DNA of 62,868 nt, the filler included, from an uncultured Acidimicrobiales bacterium (GTDB taxonomy: Bacteria > Actinomycetota > Acidimicrobiia > Acidimicrobiales > UBA10347), in the NCBI GenBank assembly GCA_943788915.1. It is 2 parts of 2 records of this genome, joined end to end, with 100 filler letters (N's around TTAATTAATTAA, not from the genome) between each part and the next. Parts side by side here need not be neighbours in the genome. Positions count along the whole stretch, not along the records: positions 1 to 31,962 come from CALSSD010000027.1; 1 more part is not named here. One strand, given 5' to 3'. Below, piece by piece: positions 8,395-19,158 of the stretch. Below the pieces are notes generated by a model. That model was given only the letters and a program-made list of their open reading frames with translations. It was not told where the DNA came from and did no database searches. Each line of letters starts with the position of its first letter. Positions within the stretch are counted from its first letter, which is position 1. The position numbers and the translations under genes were made by a program.

Positions 8395-10683
8395 ATGACG
8401 GCGACGACTTCCTCTGAGACCCCAGCACCTGACGAGTGGCACAAGACGGTATGCATCTTGTGTTCGGCCAACTGTGGCGTGGAGCTTCGGGTTGACGGAC
8501 GTGAGATCACGCGCGTCCGAGGCAACAAGTCACATGTCGCCTCGCTCGGTTATACGTGCGAAAAGGCACTGCGGCTGAATCACTATCAGAACGGTATGAA
8601 ACGGCTGCAGTCCCCCATGCGTCGCGAACCCGACGGCTCGTATACCGCCGTCGACTGGGACACTGCCATCCGCGAAGTCGCTGCCGGTTTCACCGAAATC
8701 GGTCAGACCCATGGCAAAGACAAGGTCATGTACTACGGCGGTGGCGGACAGGGCAACCACCTGGTTGGGGTGTACGGCTCGGCGACCCGGCGGGCGCTCG
8801 GCATTACCGTGCGCTCAAACGCACTGGCACAAGAGAAGACCGGCGAGGCGTGGGTCGAAGGCCGTCTGACCGGAGCCCACACCCACGGCGACTTCCATCA
8901 TGCCGAGGTCTCCATCTTCCTGGGCAAAAACCCGTGGCACAGCCACGGGTTCAATGAAGCCCGTCGTGTGTTGAAGGAGATCAACAAAGATCCCGGCCGA
9001 TCGATGATCGTGATCGATCCTCGACGTAGCGAAACTGCCGACCTGGCTGACTTCCATCTTGCCGTGAAACCGGGCACCGATGCGTTCTGTGTCGCTGCGC
9101 TCCTGGGCGCACTGGTGCAAGAAGACATGGTGAACCATGCCTGGCTGGCCGAACATGCCACCGGCACTGACCGGGTTCTTCAGGAACTCGCGACCGTCGA
9201 CATCGCTGACTTCTCGCACCGCTGTGGGATCGACGAGGCCCAGATTCGAGCGGCAGCCCGTCGCATCGGCAAAGCCGTGGGCGGCGTGTCGATCTATGAA
9301 GACCTGGGCATCGAGATGGCGCCGCACTCGACCTTGGTGTCCTATCTCCAACGGCTCATCTGGATCCTCGTCGGCAGCTTCAACGTGCCCGGCGGCACCA
9401 CCACCCACTCGGGCCTGGCACCGATGTTCAGCTACGGCGCCACCGGCAATGAACCCAAGGCACCTGTCACTGGCGGCCGCATTATCTCTGGCCTCGTTCC
9501 GTGCAACGAGATACCCGACATGATCATGACCGACCATCCTGATCGCATGCGGGGCATGTTCATCGAAAGCGCCAACCCCGTGCACTCACTCGCCGAGAGT
9601 CCACGATGGCGCGAAGCCATGCGGGCGCTCGACTTCTCGGTCGTCATCGATGTTGCTATGACTGAGACCGCCCGAGAAGCCAGTTACGTGCTTCCGGCGT
9701 CGTCGCAGTACGAGAAGTCCGAAGCCACCTTCTTTGGCGCCTCATTTCCTGAGAACCATTTCACGGTGCGAGCCCCGGTGTTCAAACCGCTCGAGGGCAC
9801 CTTGCCCGAGGCCGAGATCCATGCCCGCCTCGCTCGCGAGCTCGGACTGATCGACGACGACATCATCGACAAACTCCGAGCCGCCGCTCACGACGGGCTC
9901 AAACCGTTCGGCGCTGCGCTCATCGAGACCAGCAAGGCCAACCCAGCAATGGCAGCGATAGGTCCGATCGTGATGTATCTGACCCTGGGCGACACACTCC
10001 CTGACGGTATGGCCGACGCAGCGCCGGTGTGGTTCTCGGCCCACCAATGCGCCATGCGATTCACCGACGCAGTCAAGGCTGCGGGGTTCGAAGATGTCGC
10101 TGACGAGGATCTGGGCGATGCGCTGTTCAACGCGATCATCACAAGCCGCGATGGGGTCACGATCACCAAACACACCTATGAACAAGGCTGGACAATGGTG
10201 CGGACCGACGACGGCAAGGTCCATGCCGAGATCCCCGAGCTACTCGACGATCTGGCCGCACTCGCGTTTGCGCCTGTCGATCATCGCAGCGCAGACTTCC
10301 CGTTCATCTTGTCGGCGGGCGAACGTCGAGCGTTTACGGCCAACACGGTCATGCGCGACTCGACCTGGCGTAAGAAGGACCCCGACGGAGCATTGCGGCT
10401 CAGCCCGGCCGACGCCGATGCGCTTGGCGTGGTGAACGGCGACAAGATCCGCATCACCACCCCCGGTGGTTCAGCGGTCGCTCCGGTCGAGGTGAACGAC
10501 ACCATGCAAGACGGCCACATATCAATCCCCAACGGCATGGGTCTCTACGCCGAGGCCGAAGGTGATAGCGACGTTGTTGGCGTGCCACCAAACGAGCTCA
10601 CCACCCTGGATTGGAAAGACGAATACGCCGGTACGCCATGGCACAAACATGTGCCAGCCCACCTCGAAGCTGTGGGGGGATGA
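8395..10683 (+). CDS. molybdopterin-dependent oxidoreductase (DMSO reductase superfamily) with N-terminal 4Fe-4S motif
   Basis: CILCSANCG...CEK, IDPRRSETA, DVAMTETAREASYVLP; SD AAAGGA upstream of ATG 8395. Confidence 0.92.
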   Translation: MTATTSSETPAPDEWHKTVCILCSANCGVELRVDGREITRVRGNKSHVASLGYTCEKALRLNHYQNGMKRLQSPMRREPDGSYTAVDWDTAIREVAAGFTEIGQTHGKDKVMYYGGGGQGNHLVGVYGSATRRALGITVRSNALAQEKTGEAWVEGRLTGAHTHGDFHHAEVSIFLGKNPWHSHGFNEARRVLKEINKDPGRSMIVIDPRRSETADLADFHLAVKPGTDAFCVAALLGALVQEDMVNHAWLAEHATGTDRVLQELATVDIADFSHRCGIDEAQIRAAARRIGKAVGGVSIYEDLGIEMAPHSTLVSYLQRLIWILVGSFNVPGGTTTHSGLAPMFSYGATGNEPKAPVTGGRIISGLVPCNEIPDMIMTDHPDRMRGMFIESANPVHSLAESPRWREAMRALDFSVVIDVAMTETAREASYVLPASSQYEKSEATFFGASFPENHFTVRAPVFKPLEGTLPEAEIHARLARELGLIDDDIIDKLRAAAHDGLKPFGAALIETSKANPAMAAIGPIVMYLTLGDTLPDGMADAAPVWFSAHQCAMRFTDAVKAAGFEDVADEDLGDALFNAIITSRDGVTITKHTYEQGWTMVRTDDGKVHAEIPELLDDLAALAFAPVDHRSADFPFILSAGERRAFTANTVMRDSTWRKKDPDGALRLSPADADALGVVNGDKIRITTPGGSAVAPVEVNDTMQDGHISIPNGMGLYAEAEGDSDVVGVPPNELTTLDWKDEYAGTPWHKHVPAHLEAVGG

Positions 10684-10737
10684 CGAAAACACCGCAGTCG
10701 CTCAGCGCTCGAGCACCCGTTGGCGTAGCCTCGGGTC

Positions 10738-11100
10738 ATGGAAACCAGCACTGAACTCCAGACAGCCCGCGCCGATGCGACGCAGGCCGGTTTTCGTTTG
10801 CTTAACTCGATCGTCGAGCCAGCCGTCAAGGCAGGTATTGCCAACCCGTTACCGGTCGGCAGTGGTGCCATTCTGCTCGAAACAACCGGTCGCACGTCAG
10901 GCAAGAAACGTCGAGTTCCTCTGCTTGCATCCCGTGTCTGCGGCAAACTTGCTGTGAGCACCGTCCGCAGCGATTCACAATGGCTGAAGAACGTCGAAGC
11001 CGACCCCGAAGTCACGGTCTGGCTGCAAGGCAAACCCCGTGAGGCCACGGCCAAGGTCACCCGCGGCCGACTCAACATCGTGATGCTCGACCTCCACTGA
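10738..11100 (+). CDS. deazaflavin (F420H2)-dependent nitroreductase family protein (DUF385-like)
   Basis: LLETTGRTSGKKRRVPL, WLKNVEADPEV. Confidence 0.8.
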   Translation: METSTELQTARADATQAGFRLLNSIVEPAVKAGIANPLPVGSGAILLETTGRTSGKKRRVPLLASRVCGKLAVSTVRSDSQWLKNVEADPEVTVWLQGKPREATAKVTRGRLNIVMLDLH

Positions 11101-11103
11101 CGG

Positions 11104-12573
11104 CTACTCCACCGTGATGTCGAGTTCGAAGGCGCCACCGCCGATTCCGGTGGCAACATCGATGACGTAGATGACATCGGCAGCCACTTCGTAGGTGACT
11201 ATCTGACGGCCGTCGTCCGTGCCCTCCGCATCGATAACTCGATCCTCTCCCGCATCAAAAAGCGCCAAGGTCACTTCCGTCTCGTCGATGGCGTCGACGG
11301 CGATGGTTAGTGTTCCCGAGTTGGGCGGTTGGATTATGTACTGCAGCGACGTCGCATTCCCGGTTCGACCGATGAGTTGATCGTTAGACGCCAGTTCGAG
11401 CACGGCTGTTTCCGGAGCCAGCAGGACGAAGTCGAAGCTCCCCACTGAATCGTCGAAGCTCCATACCTGGAAGTAATAGTCCCCGTCTTGCGGCACTTCA
11501 ATCACCAACTCTTCGAGGCCAGTGGTTGCGTCCACCTCGTAGAGCACGTCACCGGTCTCTGCCTCGATGACCAACACGACGACGTCGTGGTCTGGGGAGT
11601 CGGGTTGCACAATCAGCCGCACCACGTCGCCAGCGAAAGCAGTGAATGGGAACTCTTGCGGCTCTTCGGGGTCGTCAATCACGTCGCTGCCACGCAGAAA
11701 TGTCCCGGAGCCTGCAAGCGAACGTTCAACAACCGCCTCGGCAAAGCCGGACGCACCCTCGTACCCGCTGACGACCACCGAGTACAGCCCATCGGCGGGC
11801 ATCTCGAGGACTCGTATCCGCTCGGTACCGAAGGAACGATCGACCGGTCCGTTCTCGAGAAACGACACGCCATCGCTGTTGCGGACATCGACCACAACAT
11901 CGAGATCATCCACCGGTACAACCGTGATATCGATCCACTCGCCCTCGTCAGCAACAAACGTTATTTGGGCAACGCCGCTGGCTGTGACCTCGATCGGCGT
12001 GGCCTGGCCAAACCTGACTGGCTGACCTAAGGCAACTGCTACTGCAAAGTCGACCGTGACAGCAACATCGCCGATGTTGTCGTCATAACTCGAGACGATC
12101 ACCGTGTAGACGCCTGACTCTTCGACAACTATCCCGTCGACAAACTCGGTGAAAAACGAGTCGTCAACGTCACCGCCAAAAATCGATTGTCGTCGGCTGT
12201 CCACCACGTCAACGACCACATCAAGATCCTGGTCGAGCGGTTCAACCGTGAGTGCGAAGGTGTCTCCGGCCTCGGCAACGAACTCGAACAACACCGGTTC
12301 GACCGCATCAGTGATCGTGCCTCGGGTCGTTTCACCCCCAACGAGCCGCTCGGGAGCTTCCGTCGCGGGCACAGGCGTGGCGGTCGGTTCGGGGACTGCC
12401 GTCGGTACCGCAGTAGCTGGTTCCGACGGTGTTGGTTCCGACGCCTGATCCGTGGCAACTGCGGTGGGCGTGGTCGCTGCGTCGGCGATGATCACCGTCT
12501 CGCCCCCGGTGGCGGAACACGACAGGTTCGCCAACCCAACGATGACCACAACTGCAGCCAGTCTTCTTGTCAT
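11104..12573 (-). CDS. acidic lipoprotein with repeated PPC-like beta-sandwich modules
   Basis: Lipobox-like LANLSC, P/T/A-rich linker, three to four repeats of DxDVVVxV...GxYxVxVxxY/F. Confidence 0.7.
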   Translation of the reverse strand: MTRRLAAVVVIVGLANLSCSATGGETVIIADAATTPTAVATDQASEPTPSEPATAVPTAVPEPTATPVPATEAPERLVGGETTRGTITDAVEPVLFEFVAEAGDTFALTVEPLDQDLDVVVDVVDSRRQSIFGGDVDDSFFTEFVDGIVVEESGVYTVIVSSYDDNIGDVAVTVDFAVAVALGQPVRFGQATPIEVTASGVAQITFVADEGEWIDITVVPVDDLDVVVDVRNSDGVSFLENGPVDRSFGTERIRVLEMPADGLYSVVVSGYEGASGFAEAVVERSLAGSGTFLRGSDVIDDPEEPQEFPFTAFAGDVVRLIVQPDSPDHDVVVLVIEAETGDVLYEVDATTGLEELVIEVPQDGDYYFQVWSFDDSVGSFDFVLLAPETAVLELASNDQLIGRTGNATSLQYIIQPPNSGTLTIAVDAIDETEVTLALFDAGEDRVIDAEGTDDGRQIVTYEVAADVIYVIDVATGIGGGAFELDITVE

Positions 12574-12742
12574 CAGCCTTCATCTCTGTTCGTTCGCCGA
12601 CAGTGATGTGCGACGGTCAAAAACAATCCTGTCGACCAGCGCCACAAAACATCAGGGTCAAACGTCCTGGCTTCTCGACCTCGAGTGATGATGGTTAGGG
12701 CGCCCGAAGCCTGACGAGAGGGCAGACGGCTAGTCTCGGTGG

Positions 12743-13624
12743 ATGACAAATGCGATGAAATTTGGGTGGCTCTCGCCGGTGATCGGTAATCAATGGAGCG
12801 ATCACAAGCCGATCGTGATGTTCCAAGAGCGCAACATCTTGCCCACTGCGCTTGAACACTTCGACTCGTTGTGGATCGCCGACCACTTCTACGGCTTCGA
12901 TGCCAAAACCGACCCGTTCATGGAAGCATGGACGACCCTGACATGGATGGCGGCAAAGTTCCCAGACGTGATGTTGTGTCACCATGTGTTGGGTCACGGT
13001 TACCGTCCGCCAGCGCTCACCGCAAAAATGGCGGCAACACTCCAAGTGTTGTCAGGCAACCGTTTCATCCTGGGAATTGGAGCGGGCTGGCGGGAAGACG
13101 AGTACGCCGCCTACGGCTACGACTTCCCCAAACCTTCGGTGCGATTTACTGAGCTCGACGAATTGCTGCAGATCTGCAAACTCATGTGGACCGAAGACGA
13201 ACCATCGTTCACCGGCACCCATTTCTCGATCGATGGCGCTTCGGCACCACCACTTCCCGAGGTCGTACCACCGATCTGTATCGGCGCTTCGGGCGAACAG
13301 ATCGGTCTGCCTTTGGCTGGCCGCCATGCCGACATCTGGAACGGGTTCGCTCGCGGCACCGAAGATGATTGGCGTCGCAAGGTCGACATTGTGCACACCG
13401 CGGCATCCGATGCCGGGCGTAACCCCGCCGCTATCGAGATCTGCCAGACCGTCGAAAACGCGCTGCCCGAAACAGATGCCGAAGCTCAAGAGTTGCTCGA
13501 GAAACTCGCTCGCAAGGCCGAACTCGGGGTGACCTACTTCGTGATGGACTTCGGCAATCCCCTCACCACCGACCATGTCTTACGATTTGTCGAGCAGGTT
13601 CAAATGCCACTCCGAGCTAGCTGA
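12743..13624 (+). CDS. LLM-class flavin/F420-dependent oxidoreductase
   Basis: SLWIADHF, AKMAATLQVLSGNRFILGIGAGW. Confidence 0.9.
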   Translation: MTNAMKFGWLSPVIGNQWSDHKPIVMFQERNILPTALEHFDSLWIADHFYGFDAKTDPFMEAWTTLTWMAAKFPDVMLCHHVLGHGYRPPALTAKMAATLQVLSGNRFILGIGAGWREDEYAAYGYDFPKPSVRFTELDELLQICKLMWTEDEPSFTGTHFSIDGASAPPLPEVVPPICIGASGEQIGLPLAGRHADIWNGFARGTEDDWRRKVDIVHTAASDAGRNPAAIEICQTVENALPETDAEAQELLEKLARKAELGVTYFVMDFGNPLTTDHVLRFVEQVQMPLRAS

Positions 13625-13632
13625 CTCACACC

Positions 13633-14472
13633 ATGAAGAGCTTTCGGGGCAAGGTTGCAGCGATCACCGGCGCCGGGTCAGGGATTGGTCGAGCCCTGGC
13701 CGAAGAACTCGCCCGTCGGGGCGCACACTTGGCGCTCAGCGATATCGATGAAGTAGGTCTGGCCGAGACTGTCAGCTTGTGTGAAGGGCTGGACGTCAAG
13801 GTCACTTCGACCGTCCTCGATGTCGCCGACAAGGACGCCATGTTTGCCTGGGCCGACCAGGCAGCCGACGAGCATGGCGACGTGCATCTAATCATCAATA
13901 ATGCTGGCGTCGACCTGAGCGCCACCGTTGAAGGTGCAAGCTACGACGACTTCGAATGGCTCATGAACATCAACTTCTGGGGCGTGGTGCACGGCACCAA
14001 GGCATTTCTTCCCCACCTACGTGCGACCGGGCAAGGCCATGTCGTCAACATCTCGAGCGTGTTCGGTCTGGTCAGCATCCCGACCCAATCCGCGTATAAC
14101 GCAGCAAAATTTGGTGTGCGTGGTTTCACCGATGCATTGCGGATCGAACTCGATATTCAACAATGCGGGGTTTCGGCCACCACCATCCATCCTGGTGGCA
14201 TCAAAACAAACATCGCGCGCAATGCACGGATCGACGACAGCGCCAGCGCCTTCGGTGATGACCCGGCCGAGTTCGGGACCGAGTTCGACAAGTTAGCTCG
14301 CACCACCCCCGAAAAGGCTGCCCACCAGATCCTGCGAGCGGTATCGCGTAACCGGCGCCGAGCCCTGATCGGGCCCGACGCGGTTGTGTTCGATCTAGCC
14401 TCTCGGCTTCCCGCAGGCCTATACCAACGACTACTCGCCGCTGGTGCCCGCCGGAATATGAGCAAGCGTTAG
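13633..14472 (+). CDS. SDR family oxidoreductase
   Basis: TGAGSGIG, NNAG, YNAAK. Confidence 0.93.
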   Translation: MKSFRGKVAAITGAGSGIGRALAEELARRGAHLALSDIDEVGLAETVSLCEGLDVKVTSTVLDVADKDAMFAWADQAADEHGDVHLIINNAGVDLSATVEGASYDDFEWLMNINFWGVVHGTKAFLPHLRATGQGHVVNISSVFGLVSIPTQSAYNAAKFGVRGFTDALRIELDIQQCGVSATTIHPGGIKTNIARNARIDDSASAFGDDPAEFGTEFDKLARTTPEKAAHQILRAVSRNRRRALIGPDAVVFDLASRLPAGLYQRLLAAGARRNMSKR

Positions 14473-14491
14473 CGAGCCCAGCTGCAACGGC

Positions 14492-15124
14492 TCAGCTTGA
14501 TGGAGCGTCGGCGAAACGCAGATACGGCTTTACCACTTCGACATTTTCGAAACGTTCGATCGCATCTTCGGTCGACATTCCAGGTGACACGATGACGCGG
14601 TCGCCCGGCTTCCAATCGGCAGGGGTTGCGATGGGGTCACGATCTGTGGCCTGCAGTGCGTCGAGTACCCGCACGATTTCGTCGAAGTTGCGGCCGACTG
14701 ACTTTGGGTACGTCAGGCTCAGACGAAGCTTGTTTTCTGGGTCGATGACGAATACCGAACGTACCGTAGAGGTGTCGCCTTCGCCGGGATGGATCATGTC
14801 GTAGAGCTCGGCGACCGTGCGATCCGGGTCGGCCACAATCGGGAAATTCAATGCGGTGCCCGACACTTCACCAATATCGGGGGCCCAACCATGATGATCT
14901 TCGATCGGGTCGACAGATAACGCCATGGCCTTGGTATTGCGGTTGGCAAACTCCGTCTGAAGCGCTGCGGTGCGGCCGAGTTCGGTGGTACAGACAGGAG
15001 TAAAATCGGCTGGGTGGCTGAAGAAGACTGCCCAGGATCCTGCCTTCCACTGATGGAAGCTGATCTCCCCGTCGGTGGTATCAGCGGTGAAGTCGGGGAC
15101 GGTGTCGCCTAGGTGCAAACTCAT
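14492..15124 (-). CDS. 1-Cys peroxiredoxin (Prx6 type)
   Basis: FSHPADFTPVCTTE, YPKSVGRNFDE, ATPADWKPG. Confidence 0.95.
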   Translation of the reverse strand: MSLHLGDTVPDFTADTTDGEISFHQWKAGSWAVFFSHPADFTPVCTTELGRTAALQTEFANRNTKAMALSVDPIEDHHGWAPDIGEVSGTALNFPIVADPDRTVAELYDMIHPGEGDTSTVRSVFVIDPENKLRLSLTYPKSVGRNFDEIVRVLDALQATDRDPIATPADWKPGDRVIVSPGMSTEDAIERFENVEVVKPYLRFADAPSS

Positions 15125-15398
15125 GTTGAGTCCTTTCGTGCGGATCTGCCAACCATACTAGTAGCCCATTCGTATAATTGTCCGTACATTTCGACAGCCG
15201 GCGAGACAACCCCTACGCCGATGACGTGGACCTACGCAACATTTGGGTTGAGGCCGGCCGAGTGGCCGACCGTATGGACACCAACCAGGTCGATGAACTC
15301 GTCTAGCTGCTCGTCATCGCCCAAAACCTCAGCTGCTGAGTTTCCGCTTCGCCAAAACGATGAACAGCGACACCCCGCTCGCCTTCGACAGCTCATCG

Positions 15399-16362
15399 CT
15401 AACCGATGAGCGGCGACAACATGTCGGGCCGCAGTGTGAGTTTGACCTGGCTCCCGACAACACTCGGATCGGCGCTAAATACCCGCCACTGTTGGCCGTC
15501 TACCTCGATGAGAAGTCCATACCGATCACCTTGAAATGCGCACGCCGTCACGGTGCCTGCGTAGCTCCCGTCAGCCGGTCGATCGCCTGGGGGGACCAAA
15601 GCCACCGCGTCTGGGCGCACCGCAAACCGCTGGCCGTCGCGTTCAATGATTGCCTCGTGCCCAACAAAACGAGCGACGAGTTCTGACTGTGGATCGCGCC
15701 ATACCTCGGCCGGCGAACCACTCCGCAGGAGGCGGCCTCCATGCATCACGCCTACCTGATCCGCAACCGAGAAGGCTTCGTCCTGGTCATGGGTGACGTA
15801 GACCGAGGTCTGACGCAACTCATGCAGTAAACGAGCGAGCTCAGCATTCAGCTCGATGCGTCGGGCTCGGTCCAGCGACGCGAGAGGCTCGTCAAGCAGG
15901 AGGAGCTCAGGCTCCGGTGCCAACGCTCGAGCCAACGCAACCCGCTGGGCTTCGCCGCCAGACAGTCCCTTCGACGCTGCGACCTCCAAAACCTGCAAGC
16001 CCAACCATCTCAAGCAGCTCGTGCGTGCGTTCGTGCTGTCGGCTCGTACTAGCCCCTGCCATCTTGAGGCCAAACGCAATGTTGTCGGCCACAGATCGAT
16101 GCGTAAACAGCGCATGGTCCTGAAACATCAGACCGATACCCCGCTGATGGGTCGGGACCTGGGTGATATCACGGCCTTGCCAAACAATCTGACCACTGAC
16201 GGGCTGAACCAGCCCAGCAATCGTGCGCAACAAGGTCGACTTGCCACAACCGCTTGGCCCAACAAGCGCGAGCACTTCGCCGGTTGCCACAGTGAGCGTT
16301 ACCTGGTCGACGGCAGTGGTCTCGCCATAACGAACCGTGACAGCCTCGATCGCGAGCGTCAC
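15399..16362 (-). CDS. thiQ: thiamine ABC transporter ATP-binding protein; +1 frameshift at ~15968
   Basis: Walker A GPSGCGKST in one frame; LSGGEAQRVALAR and LLLDEP in the next; span is 3n+1. Confidence 0.85.
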
Positions 16363-17969
16363 AACATCCCACCAGAGGTCGGATGCAGCCGATCGCTCAG
16401 GAAGACAACAAGTGCGGTGACGACCATCAGGATTACCGATAGTGCCATGGCCTGGCCTCGGAGAAGATCACCCGGCGTCGCAAGAAGCCGCTGTATGGCG
16501 AGCGGCACCGTCAACAGATCCGATCGGCGACCAACGAACGAGGTCGCACCGAACTCGCCCAGGCTGATCGCAAAGGCAAAACCAACCCCGGTCGCCAATG
16601 CACGAGCACCAATGCGCAGATCGATCTCACGACGGACGCGGCCAGGCGAGGCACCTAGCGTGGCCGCGACCTCGCGCATACCTGGGTCAATTGCGCGCAG
16701 TACCGGAACGACACCCCGGACCACGAAGGGGATTGCTAGCAACGACTGGGTGATCGGCACGATCCACCACGAGCCCCGGAGATCGAGCACACCACGGTCA
16801 AGCGAAATGAGAACACCGAACCCCAAGGTCACTGCGGACGTGCCAAGCGGCAGCAACATGCCGAGGTCGAGGAGCCGGCTCACCGAGCGGGTGCCATGCA
16901 CGATGGCCAGCGACGCCATACCTCCGATGACCAGAGCGATACCTGCGGCCACCACCGCGAACGCGAGTGAGTTCACCAATGCATCTGCAGCGCTGATCGG
17001 CAGGAGCCGAACGCGTTCACCTAACGCCCGGTAGTTCGCAAACGAGTAACCGCCACCGCTCGCCAGCGACCGTTCGACCAGCACCGCCAAGGGCAGACCC
17101 AACACGACGGCGGTACCAGTCAGCGTCGTAGCCAGCACGCCACGCTGACGCGCCGTCTGGGCCGGCACCGCCCGGTCGGCAACCAGCCCCTGTCGACCCA
17201 CGGCTCTACGTTGCAGCCATCCATTCGTGACGACCAACGACACCACCGCGACCATTTGCACGATCGACAGCGCGGCAGCAGTCGAGATGTCGGAGCGGGT
17301 GACCGCATACCGGTAGATCTCGGTTTCGATGCTGGATCTACGGGGTCCGCCGAGCAGCAAAATGACGGCAAAAGATGTGAAGCTGAAAAGGAATACGACC
17401 GACACGGCTGCGATCAACGACGGCCGAAGCCGAGGTAAGGTCACTTCCACGAACGCCCGCCACGGCGATGCCCCCAGTGTGCGGGCCGCCTCTTCTGGCC
17501 GACGATCGAGCTGACTCCAGAAACCACCCACGCTGCGGGCGAACACTGCGACATTAAAGAAGGCATGCGCGAGCAGAATGGCCCACACCGTGTGACGAAG
17601 TCGCACCGCTCCCTCGTCGAGATTGAACCGATCCATCAACGCAATAAACGCACCCGCAACCACCACGGTTGGCAACACGAATGGCACCGTCACCAGCACA
17701 CGAGCGAGTCGCCGACCTGCGAACTGCCGGTTGGCTAACGCCCAGGTCAACGGCAGCGCGAACAACCCGGCAAGCAAGGTTGAGAGCGCTGCCTGCCAGG
17801 TCGTGAACCAGATGATCTTGAGGAACCGAGAACCGGTGATCACCTCGAGCAAACGACCTGCATCAAGCCCCAACCCGCGCGCCAACAAGGTGGCTACCGG
17901 GTACACAAAGAAGACCGCAACGAACATCGCTGGCACAACTGCCAACAACGCGCTGCGGAATGTCTTCAT
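16359..17969 (-). CDS. thiP: thiamine/iron-type ABC transporter permease
   Basis: Two EAA loops (EEAARTLGAS, EVAATLGAS), SLGEFGAT; operon under a TPP riboswitch. Confidence 0.88.
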   Translation of the reverse strand: MKTFRSALLAVVPAMFVAVFFVYPVATLLARGLGLDAGRLLEVITGSRFLKIIWFTTWQAALSTLLAGLFALPLTWALANRQFAGRRLARVLVTVPFVLPTVVVAGAFIALMDRFNLDEGAVRLRHTVWAILLAHAFFNVAVFARSVGGFWSQLDRRPEEAARTLGASPWRAFVEVTLPRLRPSLIAAVSVVFLFSFTSFAVILLLGGPRRSSIETEIYRYAVTRSDISTAAALSIVQMVAVVSLVVTNGWLQRRAVGRQGLVADRAVPAQTARQRGVLATTLTGTAVVLGLPLAVLVERSLASGGGYSFANYRALGERVRLLPISAADALVNSLAFAVVAAGIALVIGGMASLAIVHGTRSVSRLLDLGMLLPLGTSAVTLGFGVLISLDRGVLDLRGSWWIVPITQSLLAIPFVVRGVVPVLRAIDPGMREVAATLGASPGRVRREIDLRIGARALATGVGFAFAISLGEFGATSFVGRRSDLLTVPLAIQRLLATPGDLLRGQAMALSVILMVVTALVVFLSDRLHPTSGGML

Positions 17970-17973
17970 GAGC

Positions 17974-19026
17974 TCAACCTAAAACGATTTCGACCCAGCG
18001 TTCGGTCCAGGCCTCGCGATTTGTTTCAATCTCTTGCGGGGTGAGCGTGGCTGGATTGTCCGCCAGCTGGCCGAACTCTACGAACGCCTCGGGCAACGCC
18101 GCATCTCTGTTCGCTGGATACACGAACATGTTCAGTGGGATGTCCTCTTGGAAATCTGAGCTGAGCATGAAGTCGATGAGTTGTTGCGCCGCGCCTGGTG
18201 CTTCGGTGCCAGCAAGAATGCCAGCGAACTCGACCTGCCGGAAGCAGCTGTCATACAACACCGCGCTCGGCGCGGTGTCGATCGGCGGATCAGCAAAAAT
18301 CACTTCAGCTGGCGGGCTCGATGCGTAACTGGTCACGATGGAGCGGGAACCGCCACCAGCGATGAACTCGCCGTAGTAGGCATCACTCCAGCCAGCAGTA
18401 ATGGAGACACCATTGTCGACCAGGGACTGCCAGTAGTCCTCCCAGCCATCGCCATACCGAGCAATAGTGGCGAGCAGAAACGCGAAACCAGGCGACGAGG
18501 TTTCTGGGTTCATAGTCACGAACTGGTCGGCATGTGCCGGGTCGATCAGATCGCCGAGAGTGGCCGGAGCCTCACCTGAAAGTTCGCTGAGCCAGTAGTT
18601 GACGCACACATCGCCATAGTCGATGGGTGTAACTCGATACTCGGGGTCGAGTTGGAGTGCCGCGTCGACGTTTGCCAGCAGTGGCGATGCATACGGCACG
18701 AAGAGATCGGCATCGAGGCCCCGCTGCAGGAACGTGTTGTCGATCCCGAACATGACATCTGCCGTCGGGTTGTCCTTGGTCAAGATTGCGCTGCTGACCA
18801 ATTGGCCGGCATCGCCAGACGAAACCTGCTCAACCTCGATACAAGAGTCAGCGGTGAACGACTCCAGCAGCCCTTCGGACACCACGAACGAGTCGTAAGT
18901 GACCAGGGTGATCGTGGGGCACCCTTCGTCGGCAACGTCGGCATCACTACCGCCGCACCCAACTGCCAAAAGACTAAGAACGAGCGCCACAAGGACTGCA
19001 CGACATGTGGTGGTTGAACGATTCAC
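17974..19026 (-). CDS. thiB: thiamine ABC transporter substrate-binding lipoprotein
   Basis: LVTYDSF, GDAGQL, IDYGDVCVN, TSSPGFAFL, SYASSPPAE, CFRQVEFAG. Confidence 0.92.
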   Translation of the reverse strand: MNRSTTTCRAVLVALVLSLLAVGCGGSDADVADEGCPTITLVTYDSFVVSEGLLESFTADSCIEVEQVSSGDAGQLVSSAILTKDNPTADVMFGIDNTFLQRGLDADLFVPYASPLLANVDAALQLDPEYRVTPIDYGDVCVNYWLSELSGEAPATLGDLIDPAHADQFVTMNPETSSPGFAFLLATIARYGDGWEDYWQSLVDNGVSITAGWSDAYYGEFIAGGGSRSIVTSYASSPPAEVIFADPPIDTAPSAVLYDSCFRQVEFAGILAGTEAPGAAQQLIDFMLSSDFQEDIPLNMFVYPANRDAALPEAFVEFGQLADNPATLTPQEIETNREAWTERWVEIVLG

Positions 19027-19120
19027 AATATTCCTCCGCTGGCATTACCCAGATCAGGTGTGCGGGTCGACGAAGTGTTCGTCCTCTCAGCCCAGCGTTA
19101 CCTGAGCTCCCCGTTGTTTG
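19024..19120 (-). ncRNA. TPP riboswitch
   Basis: Minus strand GGGGAGC...GGGCTGAGAG...GACCCG...ACCTGATCTGGGTAATGCCAGCGGAGGAA, directly upstream of thiB. Confidence 0.95.
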
Positions 19121-19158
19121 GTTAGCCGTCAATATACAGAGCCGACGGCCCAGTTTGG

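Noticed and set aside
15960..15975. Programmed frameshifting in thiQ and the other +1 genes
   Set aside because: No slippery heptamer, and these families are not known to use frameshifting; the uniform pattern suggests sequencing error
15856..17034. Long antisense or alternate-frame ORFs (also 3308-4393, 32183-33253, 43277-43954)
   Set aside because: They overlap well-supported genes and have R/S/P-rich shadow composition typical of high-GC DNA
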